DNA of 64,000 bases from a candidate division WOR-3 bacterium (GCA_027050205.1 JALUCS010000093.1:31282-95281), one strand, 5' to 3'; shown: positions 1 through 10,481, numbered from the stretch's first letter. Made by a program: numbers and translations. The notes: generated from the sequence alone by a model not told the origin.

Positions 1-230
1 TTTGACCTTCGGTTTTCGGGTCAGGTCAATGCGACTTTGGGTGGAAGTGGGCATATCTCTATCGGTGTAGTACCCACCTTTCGGGCGTTTCTTTGGGCAT
101 CCAGAATCTTGAAATGAAATTAACCATTTCTTAAATTGAACTTCATATTTCTCGTAAATTTTTACGCCAAATTTCCGACGCGGGTTCGGCCCCGATGTCG
201 TTAAATCTTCTGCACCGGAGGTTCAAAAAC

Positions 231-277
231 ATTGAAGTTGCACTACCGGTTTATTGAAGCCTGACTTTCAGTTTTTG
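231..277 (+). repeat. Dispersed element A, partial copy (3' half)
   Basis: ATTGAAGTTGCACTACCGGTTTATTGAAGCCTGACTTTCAGTTTTTG aligns with the 3' halves of 13311-13395 and 13986-14073. Confidence 0.75.
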
Positions 278-410
278 CCTATGCGACGTCGTGTGGCGGA
301 GGGGCCCCTATCGTCGCAGCAACGCTCTCCCAATAGTACTGCATATTTGTGAAAAATATCACAAACCCGTTAGAGCAGGATTTCACTACGGCTGCCCTTC
401 ACCCTAACCC

Positions 411-1376
411 TCACGACAACCCCGCCCTGTACCTGAAGGCATGAAGCTCCAACAGAGGGGAGACGAAGACCTCCCTCCCCATATAGACGTGCTTTCTCCA
501 CCGGTTCCGGGCCAGGAGCCTGTACCTCTTCGGAAGGCCCCTTACGAGTTTCCCGCCGGGCAGGATTACGGCCATAGAGATCTCGTCGGGGTACTGGCCA
601 CCGCCGGAGAGGGAGACGGAGGAGAGGGGGACGACGGTTATGCCCCTTATCTCCCTTACAGACGGGTCGTCCATCCCGTGGCCGTGGAACCAGTACCTTG
701 TCACCCCCCGTTTGAGGAGGCGGTTGAGGACGGAAGCCCCGGTCCTTTCTTGGGCCTCCCTTGGCCCCTGATGGGTTATGAGGACGTCAAGTGGGTGATC
801 TTTGGCTATCAGGAGGACGTTATCAACGGCGTTCTCGTCTATCCAGGCCATCTCGTGGTAGTTCTTATCTCTTGCCCCCTGCTCTATCCCCCCAACCCCT
901 CCCACCACCGTACCGTCCTTTAGCCTTACCGCCCACCCCGAAGGGAGGTACCTTATCCGGTGGCCACTGTCTACGGTGGGGAGGTCGCCAACGCCGACGG
1001 GGGAGTCGGGGAGGGCATCGGGGCTTATGGCCGTAAGATGCTCAAACCCCTCGTGGTTCCCATGTACCATAATGATGGTGGCCTCAATACCCAACCCTCC
1101 CTCCTCTACGGGCCGGAATATGGCCTCAATCCACGGAGGCTGTGGGGATACCGCCCACTGGTGAAGGAACTCCAACTCCATAGGATTCTTTCGGGCGTGA
1201 GACCTCGTGGCGCTGTCCAACTCCTCCTCCCTCGTAAAGGTCCCCACGTCCCCACACAGGAGTATAGCCCCGAACTTCGTACCCAACTCCTCCTGCCACA
1301 GGTGGGCGAGGGATAAGGCCAGCTGTAGCTGACCGTGGACGTCCCCCATTACGAGTATGGGGAATTCGTTCCGCAT
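411..1376 (-). CDS. Calcineurin-like metallophosphoesterase
   Basis: Motifs GDVHG, CGDVG, GNHE, ITHQ and HGH in the expected order. TACAAT lies 6 nt upstream of the ATG. Confidence 0.8.
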   Translation of the reverse strand: MRNEFPILVMGDVHGQLQLALSLAHLWQEELGTKFGAILLCGDVGTFTREEELDSATRSHARKNPMELEFLHQWAVSPQPPWIEAIFRPVEEGGLGIEATIIMVHGNHEGFEHLTAISPDALPDSPVGVGDLPTVDSGHRIRYLPSGWAVRLKDGTVVGGVGGIEQGARDKNYHEMAWIDENAVDNVLLIAKDHPLDVLITHQGPREAQERTGASVLNRLLKRGVTRYWFHGHGMDDPSVREIRGITVVPLSSVSLSGGGQYPDEISMAVILPGGKLVRGLPKRYRLLARNRWRKHVYMGREVFVSPLLELHAFRYRAGLS

Positions 1377-1798
1377 ATTTTTATTGTAAGGGGGATAAGG
1401 TTAGGAGTAAGGTGCTGGAGGGGCCGGAGATATGTCCGAATGAGGTTTTCATCTTTCGGATATGGAATAAAATTTGCATCTTTGTAAAAACATTCACAAC
1501 TTAATAGAAACGTTTAAATCTGACCAAGAGGCACCTACAGAACGCCGTTGAGGCATCAGCAACCGCCTATGTTGGAACGTTGAAAGCTTTTCCTATGGGA
1601 AGGGTTGATAGGCGAGGGACATACCTCTAAGATGGTATTCGGCATAATACCCTCCAACGGCTCCGTTCCCCACTTCGGGCGATCCCCACTCCACCCGGAA
1701 AGTTCCCCACATCCCCCTTGCGTCCCAACCTCGGTAATAACGGTAAGTTCAATTATTTACCATCTTTCACCCCCGACCTTCCCCCTTAGAATTGGGAC

Positions 1799-4700
1799 GT
1801 GGCCGACTTCGTACACCTCCACGTGCATAGCGAGTACAGCCTCTTAGACGGTGCCGCCCGCATAAAGGACCTCGTGAAGAAGGCGAAGGAGATGGGCTTC
1901 CCCGCCCTCGCCCTCACGGACCACGGCAACCTCTACGGCTCAATAGAGTTCTACAAGGCGGCGAAGGAGGAGGGCATAAAGCCCATCCTCGGTATGGAGG
2001 CATACATCGTTGAGGACCACTCAAAGAAGGACAAGGAGCATAAGGAGTACAACCATCTGACCCTCCTCGCCGCCACCAACGAGGGCTGGAGGAACCTGAT
2101 GCGACTCTCCTCCCTCGGATTCCTGAAAGGGTTCTACGGGAAACCGCGGATAGACTGGAAGCAGCTGGAGAGCCACTCGGAGGGGCTGATAGTCCTCTCC
2201 GGATGCCCCAAGGGTACCGTAGCCGAGAACATAGTTAAGGGGAGGTACGAAGAGGCAAAGAGGTGGGTGGAGTGGTTTAGGGACGTTTTCGGTGAGAGGT
2301 TCTTCCTTGAAGTCCAGGACGTCGGGATACCGGAGAACGAGGCCATAAACAAGGCTCTGCTTGAGTTCTCAAAGTACTACGGCATACCCCTCGTGGCCAC
2401 CAACGACGTCCACTACATAAACCCCGGCGACCACGAACTTCAGGAGATCCTGATGGCCATAGCCCAGAACAAGAAGATAAGCGACAAGAACCGCTTCACC
2501 CTAAGCACCAAGCAGCTCTATATGAGGAGCGAGGAAGAGATGCTCCGCCTCTTCTCGTGGATGCCCGAAGCCGTCAGGAACACCCGCCTCGTAGCCGAGA
2601 TGGCCAACGTTGAGATAGAACTGGACGCTACCAAGCTCAAGCTCCCCCACTTCCCCATACCGGAGGAGTACTCCTCGGACGTTGAGTACCTCAAGGCTCT
2701 GGCGAGGAAGGGGTTGGAGGAGAAGATAGGGAATCTACCCGAAAGCGAAAAGCAGAGGTACAGGGAGAGGTTGGAGTACGAGCTTTCCGTAATAGAGGGT
2801 ACGGGCTTTGCCGGGTACTTCCTCATCATATGGGATCTGGTGAGGGCCTCAAGGGATATGGGGGTGAAGGTGGGGCCGGGGAGGGGGTCGGCCGCCGGCT
2901 CCCTCGTCCTCTACGCCCTCGGCATAACGCAGATAGACCCCCTCAAGTACGACCTCCTCTTTGAGCGTTTCCTGAACCCGGAGCGTATATCTCCCCCGGA
3001 CGTGGATATAGACTTTCAGGACAACCGCCGTGAGGACGTCATAAACTACCTCCGTGATAAGTACGGGAGCGACAGGGTCGCCCAGATCATAACCTTCTCA
3101 AAGCTCAAGGCCAGAGCCGCCTTTAAGGACGTCGCCCGGTACTACGACACCCCCTTTGAGCAGGCCAACCGCATCTCCCAGCTCATCCCCAACGTACCCA
3201 CCGACCCCATCACCCTCGCCGAGGCCTACGAGGGGGTGGAGGACTTCAAGAAGGCCGTCCAGAAGGAACCTTGGAAGACGGTAGTTGAGAAGGCCATAAA
3301 GCTTGAGGGCTTCACCCGTGGCACCAGCGTCCACGCCGCCGGGGTGGTGGTCTCACCCGACGAGCTTACAAACTACGTCCCCCTCGCCCTTAGCAAGGAC
3401 AATCAGGTAATAACCCAGTACGACATGGGGACGTTGGAGCTGCTCGGTATGCTCAAGATAGACGTCCTCGGTCTCCGTACCCTCTCAATGTTGGAGCATG
3501 CCGAGAGGTTGGTGAGGGAGCATTACGACCCCCACTTCACCCTTGAGGGGATACCCATAGACGACCCGGACACCTTCCGCCTCCTTCAGGAGGGCAAGAC
3601 CATGGGGGTGTTCCAGCTGGAGGGGGCCAACATGCGGCGGATCCTGATGAGGCTCAAGCCCACCTCCCTTGAGGACATAATAGCCCTCAACGCCCTGTAC
3701 CGTCCGGGACCCATCCAGAGCGGTATGGTGGACGAGTACATAGAGCGAAAGCACGGCAAACCCTTCAAGTACGACTTCCCGGAGCTGGAGCCTATCCTCA
3801 AGAACACCTACGGCCTCTTCGTCTATCAGGAGCAGGTAATGCTGATGTCCCAGATACTCGCCGGCTTCACCCCCGGAGAGGCCGACACCCTCCGCAAGGC
3901 CATCGGGAAGAAGAAGAAGGCCTTGATGGAGAAGATGAAGGACAAGTTCATAAAGGGTGCCATCGCCCGCGGGTACGACGAGAAGAAGATAGTCAAGCTC
4001 TGGGAGGACATAGAGAAGTTCGCCTCCTACTCCTTCAACAAGTCCCACTCCGCCGCCTACGGCCTCATGGCCTACTGGACCGCCTACCTGAAGGCCCACT
4101 ACCCTCTGGCGTTCTATACGGCCGCCCTATCCTCCTTCAAAGGCTCCCAGCAGCAGAGGTTCTTCAAGAACGCCCCCCTCTTCATAGCCGAGATGAGGGA
4201 GATGGGGATAGAAGTGGTGCCGCCTGACGTTAATCGCAGCGACGTAGACTTCACCTTGGCCAGGGACGAGAACGCCATAATCTGGGGCCTCGGCTTCCTG
4301 AAGGACGTCGGGTTTGATATGGCCGAGAGGATAGTGAAGGAGAGGAAGGAGAGGGGACCCTACAGAAGCGTCTCCGACTTCGCCCGTCGCACCAAGGCCA
4401 ACCGCAAGGTCCTTGAGGCCCTGACCAGGGCGGGGGCGCTTGACTCCATATCCGGAATGACCCGCTCCCAGCTCCTTGAGGACGTCCGGGCCGGTAAGGT
4501 GGGCAAGAGGTCCGCCGGCAACCTCTTCGGCGATATGATGAAGCGTAAGGCCAAGGAGCGGAAGGAGGACCTGAACACCCTCCTGCACATGGAGAGGCAG
4601 TCCCTCGGCTTGTACATATCCGGCAAGCCCTACGAGGCCTACAGGGACGTCGCCAGGGCCTACGGCTTCCCGAAGATAGAGGACCTGGAGGCGGGGGCGC

Positions 4701-5314
4701 AGAACGGTGAGGTCACCTTCGTCGCCTCCCTCCTGTACTACGACAAGAGGAAGTTCCGCAGCGGTACCAAGCTCACCCTCCTCCTTGAGGACGACACCGG
4801 AACGGTTGAGGCCAGTATGTTTATCTCCGAGGGCCTGACGGAGCTTCTGGACAGGTTAGAGAACAACCTCGTCTTCGTCGTCAGGGGGACGGTCAGGAAG
4901 GTATCCGACGAGAACGAGGAGGAGGAGAGGGTGGAGGTCCGGATAAAGGACGCCTCCTCCATCGTACCGGTGAGGGAGTTCGTAAAGGGCAACAGGATAG
5001 TGGCCAACGGGGACCCGGACGCCGCCCTTGAGAGGATGCTGAAGAAGTTTGAGATAGTCGCCCCCAACGGATTCAAGAGCATAGACGAGGGGAAGAGGGC
5101 CTTCGTTAAGTTCTGGATAAGGGAGATAGCCGGCGAGGAGTTCGCCGAGGACCTGCCCTACCCCCTCGCCCTCAAGGTCCTGAAGAGGCTAACCGTAAAG
5201 GACACCTCCCTGCTGTTGGAGCGCAGGGACCCCTACGACGAAGCCGCCTACGCCCTCCTCATCAGGGACATAGACGGATGGACGGAGGCCGTTAAGGGCC
5301 TGAGGAGGCGTTAG
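1799..5314 (+). CDS. dnaE: DNA polymerase III alpha subunit
   Basis: PHP domain HLHVHSEYSLLDG, GRGSAAGS, catalytic PDVDID, FNKSHSAAY and a C-terminal OB-like region. 1171 aa, GTG start. Confidence 0.98.
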   Translation: MADFVHLHVHSEYSLLDGAARIKDLVKKAKEMGFPALALTDHGNLYGSIEFYKAAKEEGIKPILGMEAYIVEDHSKKDKEHKEYNHLTLLAATNEGWRNLMRLSSLGFLKGFYGKPRIDWKQLESHSEGLIVLSGCPKGTVAENIVKGRYEEAKRWVEWFRDVFGERFFLEVQDVGIPENEAINKALLEFSKYYGIPLVATNDVHYINPGDHELQEILMAIAQNKKISDKNRFTLSTKQLYMRSEEEMLRLFSWMPEAVRNTRLVAEMANVEIELDATKLKLPHFPIPEEYSSDVEYLKALARKGLEEKIGNLPESEKQRYRERLEYELSVIEGTGFAGYFLIIWDLVRASRDMGVKVGPGRGSAAGSLVLYALGITQIDPLKYDLLFERFLNPERISPPDVDIDFQDNRREDVINYLRDKYGSDRVAQIITFSKLKARAAFKDVARYYDTPFEQANRISQLIPNVPTDPITLAEAYEGVEDFKKAVQKEPWKTVVEKAIKLEGFTRGTSVHAAGVVVSPDELTNYVPLALSKDNQVITQYDMGTLELLGMLKIDVLGLRTLSMLEHAERLVREHYDPHFTLEGIPIDDPDTFRLLQEGKTMGVFQLEGANMRRILMRLKPTSLEDIIALNALYRPGPIQSGMVDEYIERKHGKPFKYDFPELEPILKNTYGLFVYQEQVMLMSQILAGFTPGEADTLRKAIGKKKKALMEKMKDKFIKGAIARGYDEKKIVKLWEDIEKFASYSFNKSHSAAYGLMAYWTAYLKAHYPLAFYTAALSSFKGSQQQRFFKNAPLFIAEMREMGIEVVPPDVNRSDVDFTLARDENAIIWGLGFLKDVGFDMAERIVKERKERGPYRSVSDFARRTKANRKVLEALTRAGALDSISGMTRSQLLEDVRAGKVGKRSAGNLFGDMMKRKAKERKEDLNTLLHMERQSLGLYISGKPYEAYRDVARAYGFPKIEDLEAGAQNGEVTFVASLLYYDKRKFRSGTKLTLLLEDDTGTVEASMFISEGLTELLDRLENNLVFVVRGTVRKVSDENEEEERVEVRIKDASSIVPVREFVKGNRIVANGDPDAALERMLKKFEIVAPNGFKSIDEGKRAFVKFWIREIAGEEFAEDLPYPLALKVLKRLTVKDTSLLLERRDPYDEAAYALLIRDIDGWTEAVKGLRRR

Positions 5315-5463
5315 CCGGAATTCCGCTGATAGAATGGAGATTGCTCTGCAGTCTTATCAATCGGCCCCATAAACTTATCCCACCGTAGGGACGTGTCCCC
5401 TGGATAGGCGATCTCGCTGTAAATTTTGGGAATTACGTAAATAGGAGGATAATCCCATCCACA

Positions 5464-5514
5464 CCTTCAACGCAAGTTTTAAGATCCCTGCACTTCCCAT
5501 TAACGGATTCTGAA
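5464..5514 (-). repeat. Dispersed element A, internally deleted copy
   Basis: Reverse complement TTCAGAATCCGTTAATGGGAAGTGCAGGGATCTTAAAAC...TTGAAGG. Confidence 0.75.
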
Positions 5515-5946
5515 CGGTATCAGGGACGACTAGTCTTTGAATGGGAATCGCCAATGCGGGAAGTTTCACCGGCGACCTCTTGAAAGTTGGCATCACTCTA
5601 TCCGCAGAATACCACTCGGTCTTGTGGTACATTCCAAGATGGAGTACGACATCCCTCCTCCAAGAGGTTGGAATCCGGGTATTACACCGATAGGACGCAC
5701 ATTCAAAAGACGCAATTGAACTTCAAAAAATCGGCAATCCGGGGTCATATTTTGGTATCGGTAATGGGGAGAATTTCACCCTAACGGCTCCTCGGAGTTT
5801 GTATCACTCCGTCCGCAGAGACCCGTTAAAATCCGGATCACTCCATCAGCTGAATGCGACTTTTTTCAAGGTTGGAAGCGCATCCAAAATAAGACGTTTT
5901 AACGTTCCACCCCTCCCTACGACTTCAGTTTTTCCCCCTCCCCAAA

Positions 5947-6020
5947 TCGGGGCACCGGGATTCGAACCCGGGACCTCCTGGTCCCAAACCAGGCGCGCTG
6001 CCAGGCTGCGCTATGCCCCG
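5947..6020 (-). tRNA. tRNA-Pro(TGG)
   Basis: Reverse complement CGGGGCATAGCGCAGCCTGGCAGCGCGCCTGGTTTGGGACCAGGAGGTCCCGGGTTCGAATCCCGGTGCCCCGA folds as a cloverleaf with anticodon TGG. No encoded CCA. Confidence 0.97.
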
Positions 6021-6078
6021 TAGCCGAGGACGTAATTCTAAGGATGGGAGCCACCCTATCACCGGTATAATACCTGCG

Positions 6079-6441
6079 ATGCAGGTTGATTTGCAGCGAC
6101 TCCGCAGCGTAATAAGGGGGACGGGATGGGCGAAGTTCCTCGCCATAATGTACTACATAGCCGCCGTCGGCTACATCCTCGGATGCGTCACCATCCCCTT
6201 CGGCATTATAACGATCATCTTGGGGATGAAACTCTGGAGTGCCGCCGACAACTTGGACAGGTTGAAGTACAGCGATGACCCTACGGCCCTCTACGCCGCC
6301 CTTGATGACCTCGGCTCCTACTTCGTATGGTCTGGCATCCTCGTGGTCATCGGGATAATCCTGACTATCATATCCGTAATCGCCTTCGTCCTCTACTTCG
6401 CCACCTACATGCCCTCCCTCTACGACCTCTACAGCCTCTAA
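6079..6441 (+). CDS. Small membrane protein (DUF5362-like)
   Basis: WAKFLAI motif and hydrophobic helices. Start moved to ATG 6079, 7 nt after TATAAT, because the longer ORF overlaps the tRNA. Confidence 0.65.
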   Translation: MQVDLQRLRSVIRGTGWAKFLAIMYYIAAVGYILGCVTIPFGIITIILGMKLWSAADNLDRLKYSDDPTALYAALDDLGSYFVWSGILVVIGIILTIISVIAFVLYFATYMPSLYDLYSL

Positions 6442-7136
6442 AACCCCCTCGCCCGAAGGAAGACGTACGGCACCCCTTCGGCGTCCCTTATCGTCCCCAT
6501 CTTATCGTACGGCCGGTAGCCCAGACCGGCGGTTAGGTCTCCCTCTTTACTCCGAAACTCCACCCCACCCTCCAGTTTCAGGCTACCCCTAACCCTCCTG
6601 TAGTCCCTCGCCGCGGCGACGGTCAAACTGACGTCTAAGAAGGCTGCCATATCACCCTTGAGGGGGCGCCTGAACCTCCGGAAGGCGGAGAAGGCCGTCC
6701 CCCAATCCGCCCCCTGGGATAGGAACTTGTACCGGGGGTCGTAGAGGTACTGGGTTAGGGACACTTCGACGTCCCTCTCACGGTAGAGGAGTCGGAAAGC
6801 GTTCCAGTAGAGGGGGAGGGTGTCTAAGCGGTCTATGTAGTGGAAGCAGGTATGCTCCAGAAAGAGGTAGCCCACCCCTTTGGCGAACTCCCGGAAGCCC
6901 CCAAGCCAGGCGTAGTAGTCGGCGTATATGGGGTCCAACTGTATGGGGCCGACGTCGTATCCGAACCATACGACGAAATCTCCCCCGAAGGCCAGGCCGT
7001 ACCTACCCCACCTGAAGGCTCTCATATAGCCGCCGATGTCGGCGAGGGCGCTCTTGTCCCTGTACCTGTAGGAGAACTTGGAGAAGGAGGCCCAAGCCTC
7101 GTGGTGCATATAGACGAAGGCGGTCAGGAGGAGCAT
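6438..7136 (-). CDS. Hypothetical protein, possible outer-membrane beta-barrel
   Basis: Short hydrophobic N-terminus, alternating aromatic beta-strands and C-terminal Phe. ATG 7136 lies 6 nt after TACAAT. Confidence 0.55.
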   Translation of the reverse strand: MLLLTAFVYMHHEAWASFSKFSYRYRDKSALADIGGYMRAFRWGRYGLAFGGDFVVWFGYDVGPIQLDPIYADYYAWLGGFREFAKGVGYLFLEHTCFHYIDRLDTLPLYWNAFRLLYRERDVEVSLTQYLYDPRYKFLSQGADWGTAFSAFRRFRRPLKGDMAAFLDVSLTVAAARDYRRVRGSLKLEGGVEFRSKEGDLTAGLGYRPYDKMGTIRDAEGVPYVFLRARGF

Positions 7137-7196
7137 ACGGCTATTGTAGGGCCGCCACAACGACCCCTTTACCCCCTTATAATATCCACCTCAAAC

Positions 7197-7271
7197 GGGG
7201 ACGTAGTTCAGCCCGGTTAGAACGCCGGCCTGTCACGCCGGAGGTCGCGGGTTCAAATCCCGTCGTCCCCG
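7197..7271 (+). tRNA. tRNA-Asp(GTC)
   Basis: GGGGACGTAGTTCAG...CCGGC-CTGTCAC-GCCGG...GGTTCAAATCC...GTCCCCG. TATAAT promoter just upstream. No encoded CCA. Confidence 0.97.
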
Positions 7272-7272
7272 C

Positions 7273-8241
7273 TTGTTTTTTTCTGAACCCGTCCGCGTGG
7301 GTGTCGTGGGGGTGGGTTATCTGGGTTCGCTTCACGTCAAAAGGCTTAAAGAGATAGATTTCGCCCATCTGGTCGGTATCTACGACATAAACCCCTCCCG
7401 CGCCGGGGAGGTGGCCTCCGAGTACGGTACGGTAGCCTACCCCTCCCTCCAAGCCCTCATAGAGGACGTTGAGGCCGTGGTGATAGCAGCCCCGACGACC
7501 GCCCACTACGAGATAGCGCGGGAGAGCATAGTCAAAGGTAGGCACGTCTTCGTTGAGAAACCCCTAACCGACTCCCTTGAGACGGCGAGGGAGATAGTGC
7601 AGCTCTCCAAGAGGTACGGCGTCAAGGTTCAGGTGGGCCACATAGAGCGGTTCAACCCCGCCTTCATTGCTGCGAAGGAGTACATAGAAGGGAGGGTGTA
7701 CTTCATAGAGAGCGTCCGGATGAGCGTCTACAACCCCCGCGGTACGGACGTAGACGTCATCCTTGACCTGATGATACACGACATAGACCTCACCCTCTCC
7801 CTGATGGGGGAGGAGCCGGAATCCGTGAGCGCCGTCGGCATCCCGGTCATAACCGGAGACATAGACATCGCCAACGTCAGGTTGGAGTTCCCCTCCGGCT
7901 CCGCCGCCAATCTAACGGCGAGCCGCGTCTCCCTTGAGAAGATGAGGAAGTTCAGGGTCTTCGTTATGGACAGGTACCTCTCCATAGACCTCTACCGGAG
8001 GCGGATAGATATGGTGCAGAAGGTGGGGGACGAGCTTATCCCCTACTTCCCCCCCGTAGATGCCACGAAGGACGCCATAACGTTGGAGTTGGAGGCCTTC
8101 CTCAAGGCCGTAAGGGGAGAGGGAGAGGTGGCGGTGAGCGCCGAAGACGGCTACCGGAGTATGAAGGTGGCCGATACGATAAAGCGGAAGATATACGAGC
8201 GAATAAGGAGGGTGGAAGGGGATGCGGATACCCGGTCATGA
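7273..8241 (+). CDS. Gfo/Idh/MocA oxidoreductase (GnnA-like UDP-GlcNAc 3-dehydrogenase)
   Basis: GVVGVGYLG Rossmann motif, VEKP, VGHIERFNPA and DLMIHDID. Start codon uncertain. Confidence 0.85.
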   Translation: MFFSEPVRVGVVGVGYLGSLHVKRLKEIDFAHLVGIYDINPSRAGEVASEYGTVAYPSLQALIEDVEAVVIAAPTTAHYEIARESIVKGRHVFVEKPLTDSLETAREIVQLSKRYGVKVQVGHIERFNPAFIAAKEYIEGRVYFIESVRMSVYNPRGTDVDVILDLMIHDIDLTLSLMGEEPESVSAVGIPVITGDIDIANVRLEFPSGSAANLTASRVSLEKMRKFRVFVMDRYLSIDLYRRRIDMVQKVGDELIPYFPPVDATKDAITLELEAFLKAVRGEGEVAVSAEDGYRSMKVADTIKRKIYERIRRVEGDADTRS

Positions 8242-8608
8242 CCTCTGCTTCGTATGCGGCAGGAACTCCCGTATAGGGCTGGACTTTGAGGAGAGGGACG
8301 GGTGGATGTGCGCCACCTTTAGACCTACGGAGGAGTTCCAGAGCTTCAAAGGGATCATTCACGGGGGAATAATAGCCTCCGTCCTCGCCGAGGCGATGGG
8401 CATGGCCGTCTCCCTCCTTGAGGGGAGGTTCTTGGGTAAGCGGATAGGCGTTGAGTACCACGCCCCCGTCCGGCCAGGAAGGAGGTACAGGGTGTGCGGT
8501 AAGGTCGTCCGCAGGGAGGGCAGGAAGATCTTCGCCGTCGCCGAAATCTACGACTCGGATGGGAAGGTCTGCGCCGACGCGGAGGGACTTTTCATAGCCC
8601 TCCCTTAG
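8222..8608 (+). CDS. PaaI/hotdog-fold thioesterase
   Basis: CFVCGRN and IIHGGIIASVLAE motifs. Confidence 0.85.
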   Translation: MRIPGHDLCFVCGRNSRIGLDFEERDGWMCATFRPTEEFQSFKGIIHGGIIASVLAEAMGMAVSLLEGRFLGKRIGVEYHAPVRPGRRYRVCGKVVRREGRKIFAVAEIYDSDGKVCADAEGLFIALP

Positions 8609-9726
8609 AGGACCTCCCCGTATATCTCCCGGATTATCCTGTTGTTCAGGTACTCCTCCGCCGGTAGATCCGTCTGGAGGACCACCCCACCTTGCATACC
8701 CTCCGGGAGGACGTCGTAGGCTGCTATGGCCCCTCCGGACGTGGTGGCCTGTATCGCCGATAGGCGGAAATCTCCGTAGAGGGCGGGCCTGACCTCAACG
8801 AGCCTCTCCATAGCCCTTAGCTCCCCCTCGGAGTCGTATCCAGCAACGGAGACGTAGACCACCACCCAGTCCTCCTCCACCAAGGGTATCCTCTTAAGCT
8901 CCTCAAGGAGCCTCTCTATCTTCTCGTTGTGGGGGAGGTACCGCCAGGTCTCAAGGAGGGACCTCGCCCAGTCGTAGTGTCCGGGCCACCTCAAGGTCTT
9001 GTAATCCAACCTCCGTACCTTACCGGCGAAGTACTCCGGCGTGGTGGAGGCCCCACCGGACGTCAGATCCGCCTCCAGGACCCTGCCGTTGAGTATCAGG
9101 GTCTCCGGCTCCGATAGGGAGGGGACGAGCTGTATCCCACCGTCCCGGAGTACCACCGAAGGCTCAACGTACTCAACGGCCACACCGGCGGCGCTCCAGG
9201 TCCTAGCGTAGAAGTAGGGGGAGGAGACGTTGGGGGTGAGGGCGCCCACCCTCATCCTCACCTCGTCGGGGTACTTACCGTACTCCTTCAGGAACCTCTC
9301 CGCGAGATAGACGGCGAGGACGTTTACGAAACCGGGAGCCAGGCCGGCCTGGAGGACGAAGACGGGCGGGTTCTCGGCCTCGGCCACCATCCGCCTTATG
9401 GCTTCGGTGGCCTTCACGTGTTCGGTGAGGTTGACGTAGTTCGTGGAGGTCCTCAAAGCGGCCTCCGCCATACGGGTGGCCTCCCTACCGGGGAGACAGT
9501 CAAAGAGGACGTCCGCTTCGGACAGGATGGCGAGGAACTCCTCGCTTAGGCCCTCCGACGGTAGGTGGAAGGCCTCACCGCCTACGAGGTGCGCTATGGC
9601 CTCCGCCTTTTCCCTCCTCCTGCCCCCCACTAAGATGCGGGCCTCCGGATAGAACCTCCGCACGAGTATGGCCGTGGATTTGGCTACGATGCCAGAACCG
9701 GCTATGGCTACGGTCTTGGGTTTCAT
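8605..9726 (-). CDS. Saccharopine dehydrogenase / lysine 6-dehydrogenase family
   Basis: N-terminal Rossmann motif, GLAPG, VGAL, TWS, TSGG and YKTLRWPGH. Confidence 0.85.
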   Translation of the reverse strand: MKPKTVAIAGSGIVAKSTAILVRRFYPEARILVGGRRREKAEAIAHLVGGEAFHLPSEGLSEEFLAILSEADVLFDCLPGREATRMAEAALRTSTNYVNLTEHVKATEAIRRMVAEAENPPVFVLQAGLAPGFVNVLAVYLAERFLKEYGKYPDEVRMRVGALTPNVSSPYFYARTWSAAGVAVEYVEPSVVLRDGGIQLVPSLSEPETLILNGRVLEADLTSGGASTTPEYFAGKVRRLDYKTLRWPGHYDWARSLLETWRYLPHNEKIERLLEELKRIPLVEEDWVVVYVSVAGYDSEGELRAMERLVEVRPALYGDFRLSAIQATTSGGAIAAYDVLPEGMQGGVVLQTDLPAEEYLNNRIIREIYGEVL

Positions 9727-9794
9727 AACCGGCGATTATACCTGTGTAGGGCGTTTGCATCGCCCCAACTTTCGGGCGTATAATAGCGGGTGCC

Positions 9795-10466
9795 ATGGGT
9801 TTTCTAAGGGAAGAAGACAGGGCTTATTTGCGTCAAAAGTTCGGGGCGGAGCTGGAGAAACCGGTCGTCTTGCTCTTTTTTAAGAAAAACATCGGGTGCG
9901 ACTACTGTGAGGACGAGGAAAAGCTCCTTAAAGAGGTGGCGGAGCTTTCCGATAAGATAGAGGTGGTGGTGAAGAACGTTGTTACCGACAAGGCGGAGGC
10001 GGAGAAGTACGCCATCCACGACGCCCCTGCCCTCGCCATACTTCAGAAGACGGAGGAGGGCGACCTGATAGACTTCGGGATGAGGTACTTCGGCATACCC
10101 GCCGGCTACGAGTTCTCCGCCCTGATAGAGAGCATCGTCCTCGCCTCCACCGGTCGCTCCGGTCTGTCCCCGGAGATAGAGGAGCAGATAAAGGACATAG
10201 ACAAGGACATAGTCATCTACGTCTTCGTCACGCCAACGTGTCCCTACTGTCCCCGTGCCGTCCTCACCTCCCACCGCTTCGCCGTAGCAAATCCCCACAT
10301 AAAGGGCTATATGATAGAGGCCTTGGAGTACCCCCACTGGGCCGACCAGTACCACGTTCACGCCGTACCCAAGATCGTTATAAACGACATCGTTGAGTTT
10401 GAGGGGGCATATCCGGAACCTTTCTTCGCCGAGAAGATAAGGGAAGCGGCAGCCTTAACTAAGTAA
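9795..10466 (+). CDS. Protein disulfide oxidoreductase (two thioredoxin folds, thermophile PDO type)
   Basis: CDYC and CPYC motifs, GIPAGYEF and FEGAYPE. Confidence 0.9.
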   Translation: MGFLREEDRAYLRQKFGAELEKPVVLLFFKKNIGCDYCEDEEKLLKEVAELSDKIEVVVKNVVTDKAEAEKYAIHDAPALAILQKTEEGDLIDFGMRYFGIPAGYEFSALIESIVLASTGRSGLSPEIEEQIKDIDKDIVIYVFVTPTCPYCPRAVLTSHRFAVANPHIKGYMIEALEYPHWADQYHVHAVPKIVINDIVEFEGAYPEPFFAEKIREAAALTK

Positions 10467-10481
10467 GAGGAGGTTTAGGCA

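Noticed and set aside
1799..5314. Intein in DnaE
   Set aside because: The length is normal, with no intein-like insertion or splice motifs seen.
5375..6023. Short ORFs inside the islands (also 13381-14331, 36638-36916, 44842-45042, 50830-51272)
   Set aside because: They lack the host codon bias and any recognisable motif, and they overlap repeats or tRNAs.
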